From Octopus vulgaris (taxonomy: Eukaryota): a DNA stretch of 64,000 nt. The position numbers and the translations under genes are program-made. The notes under the pieces were generated by a model, which was not told where the DNA came from, made no database searches, and worked only from the letters and a program-made list of their open reading frames with translations. This document shows, piece by piece, positions 56,798 to 64,000 of the stretch (positions are counted from its first letter, which is position 1; each line of letters begins with the position of its first letter). The stretch covers positions 2,418,001 to 2,482,000 of the forward strand of contig OX597836.1 of the NCBI GenBank assembly GCA_951406725.2, written 5' to 3'.

Positions 56798-57225
56798 GAT
56801 GCCATTAAACCATTGAAATATAAACGTTTTGATAAATCATTAGCGTTATGTGATGTCATTAAGACGTTCAAATATCGCTACAACCTTCAATTGTCTTAGG
56901 TCTCTAAATGCCATTCTACCATTTCTATATCATTAAGACATTCAATAAAGCATAAATCTTGAAAATGTCATAAGAACCATACAATGACATTGAAACCATC
57001 TCATATTGAGGCGTTCAATTCTCATTAGAACCTTGAACTGTCGTAAGAATATCGACGTGACATTAAGGCTATCGGATGTTATTCAGTACTCTACTTACTT
57101 TCAGGGCGTTAAGGCATTTAAATGTCAACCAGGGCTTCTAATATTTCAAGGGTTCCAAATACCATAAAGGATCACAAACACCAATTAGCATCTCAAGCGT
57201 CATTGAATATTTCGAACATCATCTG
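56798..57225. repeat. Highly diverged ~19-bp minisatellite
   Basis: Units such as gtcattaagacgttcaaat, atcgctacaaccttcaatt, gtcataagaaccatacaat, ctcattagaaccttgaact and gacattaaggctatcggat. Confidence 0.6.
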
Positions 57226-57249
57226 GGTTGTGATAATGTTACCTGTAAT

Positions 57250-57590
57250 TAAGATGGTAAGCTGCCAGAATTGTTAGTACGCCGGAAAAAGTACTTTTGT
57301 CATTTTTTCAGTCTTGACGCTCTGATTCTAATTCCGCCGATGTCGATTTTACCTTACATCCATGCGGGGGTCGTTTAAATATTGGGGTCGATGTAATCGA
57401 CTTAACCTCTCTTCTGAAACTGCTGGCCTTGGGCCAAAATTTGAAACAATAATTATCTGGAAACAAGGCGGCGAGTTGGCAGAATCGTTAGCACGCCGGA
57501 CAAAATGCTTAGCGGCATTTAGTCCGTCTTTACGTTCAGAGTTCACATTCTGCCGTTCATCCTCACAGGGTGGATGAAACAAATACCAGC
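57250..57590 (+). mobile_element. Two tandem SINE family A copies (57250-57450, 57466-57590)
   Basis: aagctgccagaattgttag... and aaggcggcgagttggcagaatcgttagcacgccggac. Confidence 0.8.
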
Positions 57591-58354
57591 TCGTTCTTTA
57601 ACTGCAACCGATAATTTAAATTTAAAAAAAGCATGGGTTGATGGCTTGGACAAAATGTATTTTTAATACCGTCTTTTCAAGTAAGACTAATATTGGATAA
57701 AATAGATTTATGATTAATGGTAAGTTCATCCGAGCAGATATGTCTATTTGTATTTATTCAAAATTATTTAAATTTGATAATTAATTTACTGCCTAAGAAT
57801 GATCAACTGCTTGATCTTAATACTCACCTCAAATTAATCAATTTATTCTCTCTAATCCGGAATGGATATTAGCGCGAACCAAACGAAGTGGTCAAAGTAT
57901 GTTTTCATGGTTTGGAAGAAATTGGAACGGAATATTCTTCTCGTCAGATTTCATCGTTATGTTAAGTGCTACAATCAAGTCTTCAGGCTTTCATAAGAAA
58001 ACATTACATAATGCAGTAATACTTAGCATTGGATCTGCGGAACCCCAAATGTGATATTTTGGTTTCTCCAGCAGTAATGAAAATTCTGCAATTATTCACT
58101 GCAAATTTATGGAAGCGGATTTCTTCATTGATTCATGCAAAAAGAAAGCCCGAAAAAATAAGGCACAGAATCAACATTGGGGCGTAACCTGTCTCTTTAA
58201 ATGCGTAAAAAGGATGTTAAAATGCATTTACGTGAATGCACTCTCATTTAGAGATGCATTTCGATTGCAAGTGAATCTAGAATGCAGAGTTTTCATCAGG
58301 AGAGAAAATGTGTGGATTGAATAGCGGATGCATTGGAATACATGGGATCGTTTA

Positions 58355-58640
58355 GTAAGGTCGAGAATAGCTCAGGCTTTTGGACTACACAGGGCTCTGC
58401 TGATATTTGTAAAGACAAGGAAACTGAGATGGCATGGCCATGCCACAAGAAGCTCTGACTAGGCAAAAACGATGCCGCATGGCACAATAGAAGGTCCATG
58501 AAAGTAAGTCAAGCTCGAGAGAAGATGGTATGGTAACATCAAAGATTGGATGGCGTCAATTTTACCGACGCACAGAAGGCAGCATAACACCGAGATAAAT
58601 GGCGAAATATGGCTTCAGCTTCATCAACGAATGACCAAAC
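58355..58640 (+). pseudogene. 3' end of an RTE-clade LINE ORF (decayed)
   Basis: Translation VRSRIAQAFGLHRALLIFVKTRKLRWHGHATRSSD*AKTMPHGTIEGP*K*VKLERRWYGNIKDW...HRDKWR matches the RTE C-terminal pattern RKLRWxGHxxR...GTxEG...RWxDNIKEW...DRxxWR. Confidence 0.75.
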
Positions 58641-58715
58641 GACGGTACATTCAGGGGTGGACATGGGAAAGGATACAAAACGAGTGCATCGCAGAAACAA
58701 ATAAATACTGACGTA

Positions 58716-59138
58716 GGCGCAGGAGTGGCCGTGTGGTAAGTAGCTTGCTAACCAGCCACATGATTCCGGGTTCAGTCCCACTGCGTGGCACCTTGGGCAA
58801 GTGTCTTCTGCTATAGCCCCGGCCCGACCAATGCATTGTGAGTCGATTTAGTAGACGGAAACTGAAAGAAGCCTGTCGTATATATGCATATATATATATA
58901 TATATATGAGTGTGTTTGTTTGTGTGTCTGTGTTTGTCCCCCTAGCATTGCTTGACAACCGATGCTGGTGTGGTTATGTCCCCGTTACTTAGGGGTTCGG
59001 CAAAAGGGACCGATAGAATAAGTACTGGGCTTACAAAAAGAATAAGTCCCGGGGTTGAGTTGCTCGATTAAAGGCGGTGCTCCAGCATGGCCGCAGTCAA
59101 ATGACCGAAACAAGTAAAAGAGTAAAGAGTAAAGAGAG
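58716..59138 (+). mobile_element. SINE family B, complete copy (tRNA-like head, internal microsatellite, (GTAAAGA)n-like tail)
   Basis: A-box-like tggccgtgtgg, B-box-like gggttcagtccc, accttgggcaagtg (resembles the CORE-SINE motif), internal TA/TG run, tail repeats gtaaaagagtaaagagtaaagag. Confidence 0.9.
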
Positions 59139-59543
59139 ATATTTACATATATTAAAGAAAACAGGCTGCGATTTGAGTGAGTTTGACTGATATTTCTAGC
59201 AGACAATGCAACTACGTAAAACATTCATCGAGGGTCCGTAGAATAATTATAGATAGGTAGGTTTCTCAGGTGTATTTATTTTCATCTCATGTTTTCTAAC
59301 GCTGTTTACATAGGAATACGGTGTCTCAGTTATCTTGTATTTAAAATACACAATTCACCAACATAAATATTGCAACAGGAAAAAAATACGAAGACAAATA
59401 CTATAAAACTATGTGAATGGATATCGGTTGGTTGAGGATGAGAAAAACGAGGGCGAGAGAGAAAGATGGAGGGAAAGAGAGGGAGAGATAAGGAAAGAGA
59501 GAGAAAGAGAGAGAGATACAGAGACAGACAGACAGATAAAGTG

Positions 59544-59584
<41 letters not shown>

Positions 59585-59739
59585 CATAGAGAGAGAGAGC
59601 ACAAAAATGTACGAAGGAAATGTGGTAGTGTTATATTACGAAAACAAATATCTGAAACTAAGTGTTTTCTTTACGAAGAAGTCATTGTGTATCTTTCGTA
59701 ACAGATATATTACCAACGTGTTGAGCATTATGCAAAGGC

Positions 59740-59802
<63 letters not shown>

Positions 59803-59960
59803 TCTGCGTCTGTATACATATACGCATATAAACTTACTAATGTTTATATACATGCATATATGTATATGTATACACACACACATATATATATATATACGCA
59901 CACACGTGTGTATACATAAATAATGTGTGCATATATATCCATATACATACATGCCTACGA

Positions 59961-59991
<31 letters not shown>

Positions 59992-60082
59992 GGGAGAATT
60001 CACAAAAAAAATTAAAAGACGAAGATAGGTGGTGTAGACAACAAACAGATGTATTAGTTTAACGCTCGGGAAGTGAAAAAGT

Positions 60083-60118
60083 CTTTAACGTTTCGAGCCT
60101 ACGCTCTTCCACAGAAAG
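60083..60118 (-). ncRNA. Minimal type I hammerhead-like motif (variant core) in the Penelope pLTR
   Basis: Minus strand: cttt CTGTGGA a gagc-gtag-gctc GAAA cg TT aaag. Confidence 0.55.
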
Positions 60119-60417
60119 GAACGCAGAAAGGAACAAGGAGAGAAAATAAAGAATGTGTAGTGGCTATCGATATATCATGGTGAATGCCGGACTGAAGGGA
60201 TGTGAAGGATAGGGATGGTAGGGTTGGAATATGTAGGGGTGGATGGGATTACAGGGAGGAGTGATGATGAAGGGGAAGGAAAAGGTGGGTAGGAGAGATG
60301 AGAAGAGAGAAGGAGAGTAGGATTGAAGAGAAAAGAAGGAGTGGGAGTAAGAGATGGAGGAAGTAGTTGTGGGGACGAGAGATGAGAGGGGAGGAAGTTA
60401 TATGAAGAGAGGAGGAA

Positions 60418-60711
60418 AGCTTAGCCCATGTGGGGCAAAGGAGCGAGGAGAGATTAATCCCTATTCACGGCGCAATAGGAAGCCCGTATGGTGCTGTGTA
60501 AGGACAATCCGAACACGGACAGGTGTTGCAAGGAGTGACCGGTAGAGCGGAAATGGTGCGAGACCGGTGTGTCACTGCCGTGTCGAATGTCTCGGAGGTG
60601 ATCCGCGAATCGGTCAGGCAAGCGGCGTCCCGTTTGCCCGATGTATAGAGAAAGGCAGAGAGAGCAGGAGATATAGTAGATGACATTGGTAGAAGTGCAG
60701 GTGAAGGAATC
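60418..60711 (-). pseudogene. GIY-YIG endonuclease domain of a Penelope-like element (not in the ORF track; no start codon)
   Basis: Manual translation from 60711: DSFTCTSTNVIYYISCSLCLSLYIGQTGRRLPDRFADHLRDIRHGSDTPVSHHFRSTGHSLQHLSVFGLSLH, then after a frameshift RRE*GLISPRSFAPHGL. It has VIY...C..C..YIG, R..H, HF...H and PxGL, as in PLE endonucleases. Confidence 0.88.
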
Positions 60712-60743
<32 letters not shown>

Positions 60744-61859
60744 GAATGTATCTATGGCCAGAGGAGCCGTATTAGCAACAGTCACGTTTTAATAGTTATG
60801 CTTTCTCTGACAATCTCTCTCTCTATCTCTATTTCTCCAACTCTCTGTTATCTCACTCTCTTTCTCTGTATCTATCTATATTTGTGCATGTCTATCTTAC
60901 TATTTGTCTATGGACATATTATTCAATAACATATTGGTGTTGACATTACGATATCCGCTTTGAGGGGACCTGGTTTCCACTGCCGTTTTCTTGTGCGGAA
61001 CTTTCGCCAAATCCTCTCTATTCTGAATATCACAGATCCCGAGCCGCAGCTGATAATATTTTCCACGACTACCACACCAGCTGTTCTATTAATTATCCAC
61101 TTCAAATTTGACTGATAACCAACTACGCAAGCAGCATCAAATAAATAATAAACAAAATAACTAAAAGCAAATTCTTAGAAGCTACGTATTTATGAGTTGA
61201 AAGATTTAATATAGAAGTGTGTTGCGCATGCTCCAATGAGTCTTTTAACTTGAAGTAACCTCAGCATAAATGTCTTCTTGAAATTTCTGTAGAAAACCTG
61301 TCAAGTTGAATTCCGCCCACGAGAGTAATGTTTCGACCTCAAATACACTGCTTCTGGCTCTATTTCAGACACCTTTAGCTAAATTACATAAAGCCCACCT
61401 AGCTACTTTAAACCAGTTACAGCATTTTATTCATATTATATAATATGAATGCATAAATTCCCAATATTTCAATTTTGTATACGGTTAGACATCATCTCGA
61501 TTTGCCAGTTGGAATTTTGCAAACATTTCTTACGGTTTCCGTTGGCTTCACTATCAAATACTTCATAATTCTTCGATATTCTACACCTTCTCTTTTAACC
61601 TATAAAAAGAAACGACATATTTAATATACACAACTATGCATCCATTTTAAATATTTTTCTCTCCTTACATGAAATAGGAAATAAACATTTCTACAATGAA
61701 ACTAATACAAGGATTCTACATATTACAAATTTACTGTACTCACCAACACGTATATGCGTGCGCAAAGCGTGTATATATATATATTTCTCTATTTCCTTTT
61801 TCCCAAAAATCAAAAATATTTTCCTCCTTTTTCTCAATACACAATACACACACGCATGC

Positions 61860-61900
<41 letters not shown>

Positions 61901-63049
61901 CATACAAACCCACACACACACATATATATATGGTGTACTCCTTTGGGAAGGTATTAGAGTAGACAGTAGAGCTCCTTCGCCCTTAGAATTACCCAGCAGC
62001 CGGTAGTGTTAGGTTGGGTTTAGGTATTCATCGAGTGGGAAAATAAAATAATATTGAATAGAGTCAAGAATAAATGCGTTTAGACTTCCTATATAATAAA
62101 CACTACACATATTTCGATGCAACATACGTCCACATCCACATAGCATTTAAATTAAGCGCATGTGTGAGTGTAATTGTGAAATAAGTTGCGTAATAAAAAC
62201 ACATATGCAACCTATCATGTGCACCAAAAATGGACAGCCAGCGTATCCGATGCTGCACGTGTCGACCGTGAAGAAACACGTCGACAGTTAGCGTCTACTA
62301 GATTCGAAACAGCAAGTTGGATGTGCTAGCATCAAAGTAAAAAGTTTTACTAACACGGACAGCGACTTTATATCACCTGAGTAGATACAAGTGGATCCCA
62401 TTATACAGGTAAACCGTTGCTTAATTTAAATCGTGTGTAAATATGGTTCTATGTTTTATCGAAACAAGTGTAATATTTATCAAGTAGCTGCATAAACGTA
62501 CTCATTCTTGTCTATCTGACTATCTATTGAATATATATATATAAAGTTAATCCAAACATGAAATCACAAAGAGAAAACACAACGCGAGGACGGGGAACAA
62601 GTATAGTGTTATTGGACACTCAAGAGAAGAAAGAAAGAAGGGGGATTTAACGTTATATATATATATATATATATAAGCTGTATTTGAAATCAAAATTTTC
62701 GATGGGTGAAATGTCGCATCCAAAACTTGTTTCTGGTACTCCCTAATAGTGTGCATTGAGAGCACGTTCACCATTCACACCCAGAGGCGTCATCTGCGGT
62801 ACTGCGATTTTGTCACAGGATCTTCGTAAGAAATTCCGGTGTGCAGGTTTAGTATATTTTACATGATTGATAGGGGAGATACAGTGTACTTTAATCGTTA
62901 ATTAGCACGATGATTGCTTCGGCGTACCTTTATACTACTCCATTATATTCCCCCACCACCAGGGAGCGGTGCAGATGTAAGCCTAAATTATAGTCATGCT
63001 GAATAAAGATTACAGTAAGCCTCCTCCTCCTTATTATTAATAATGCTTT

Positions 63050-63096
<47 letters not shown>

Positions 63097-64000
63097 ATGA
63101 AACATGTATATATGTATATATTATGTATATATATATATACACACAAACATACATATATATCTATCTATCTATCTATATATATGAAACATATATATATGTA
63201 TATATTATGTATATATATATATACACACAAACATATATATATGTATATACATATATATATATATTATATATGCATACTTATAGATGTATATATATGTGTA
63301 CGCCTATTTATACATATGTATATATACATAAATGTATATGTACGTGAAGTTATATATTTGTGTATAAATACATATGTGTGTGTGTGTACATACGCAGATA
63401 TATATACATACATACATACAGTCATACATATAGTAAAAGTTACATTATTAAAAATTCACTGTTTTTTCTCACTTAAGTGAAACAATAGAGAGCCAACAAT
63501 TTGAAAAAAACCTACCTACCCGAATGTGTGAATCTCTATCGCATTTCACATCCCAAATGCAACAGAAGAGAATGTGTTACTCTTGTTTTATTTACAGAGT
63601 GGAATCAATGTGTACAGTGTACAATTCCCCGTTTTTCAATGTATATTTAATGACTCTGAGTTCTACACTTCAAGGCAGCAATGGTACAGGTATCCATATT
63701 TAATGGAAAACACGGTATTTTATAAAAAAAGAACGGTGGCAAAAATGCTCAAGGAAGAACTATATCAAACTATCAAAGGTATATAAAGCACATTATAAAT
63801 AATTGGTCCCTCTCTTTCGCACCACCATCTCTTCCCATATCTCTTTTTTCTTTCTTTCATTGTATTCTCTCTTTCTCTCTCTCTCTCTCCTCTATCTCAT
63901 TCTATTTTTTTTCATTTTGAAATATCATTTCACACATACAACCATAAAACTGGTGGAACATATCAAAATTTATAAGATTATTTTGGTTTATAATATTTTG

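Larger units (their letters stand above)
59989..60711 (-). mobile_element. 5'-truncated Penelope-like retroelement (endonuclease end + pyrimidine-rich spacer + pLTR), in (TA)n
   Basis: GIY-YIG coding remnant, pLTR shared with 56036-56262, hammerhead-like motif in the pLTR, and (TA)n on both flanks. Confidence 0.85.

Overview
This is AT-rich, repeat-saturated eukaryotic non-coding DNA (intron or intergenic). The very dense (TA)n/(CA)n/(ATT)n microsatellites and the tRNA-derived SINE families are most consistent with an octopus (coleoid cephalopod) genome; this is an inference from pattern recognition, not a search. I can support no intact host protein-coding gene, and nearly all ORFs in the supplied track are microsatellite or SINE artefacts. 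The window holds about 18 copies of SINE family A, about 8 copies or fragments of SINE family B (which carries an internal microsatellite), two copies of a third short repeat, relics of RTE-type LINEs and Tc1/mariner transposases, and a 5'-truncated Penelope-like element with a readable GIY-YIG endonuclease. The main hidden signal is a set of type I hammerhead-ribozyme motifs from at least three different repeat families (20938, 24681, 48389, 56100, 60083, plus degenerate candidates). Four of these five have a palindromic stem III and sit in elements inserted at (TA)n tracts; 48389 is decayed and not (TA)n-flanked. One family is a ~325-bp non-coding element present twice whose hammerhead and downstream hairpins show compensatory changes, making it a retrozyme-like or Penelope pLTR-like structured RNA.
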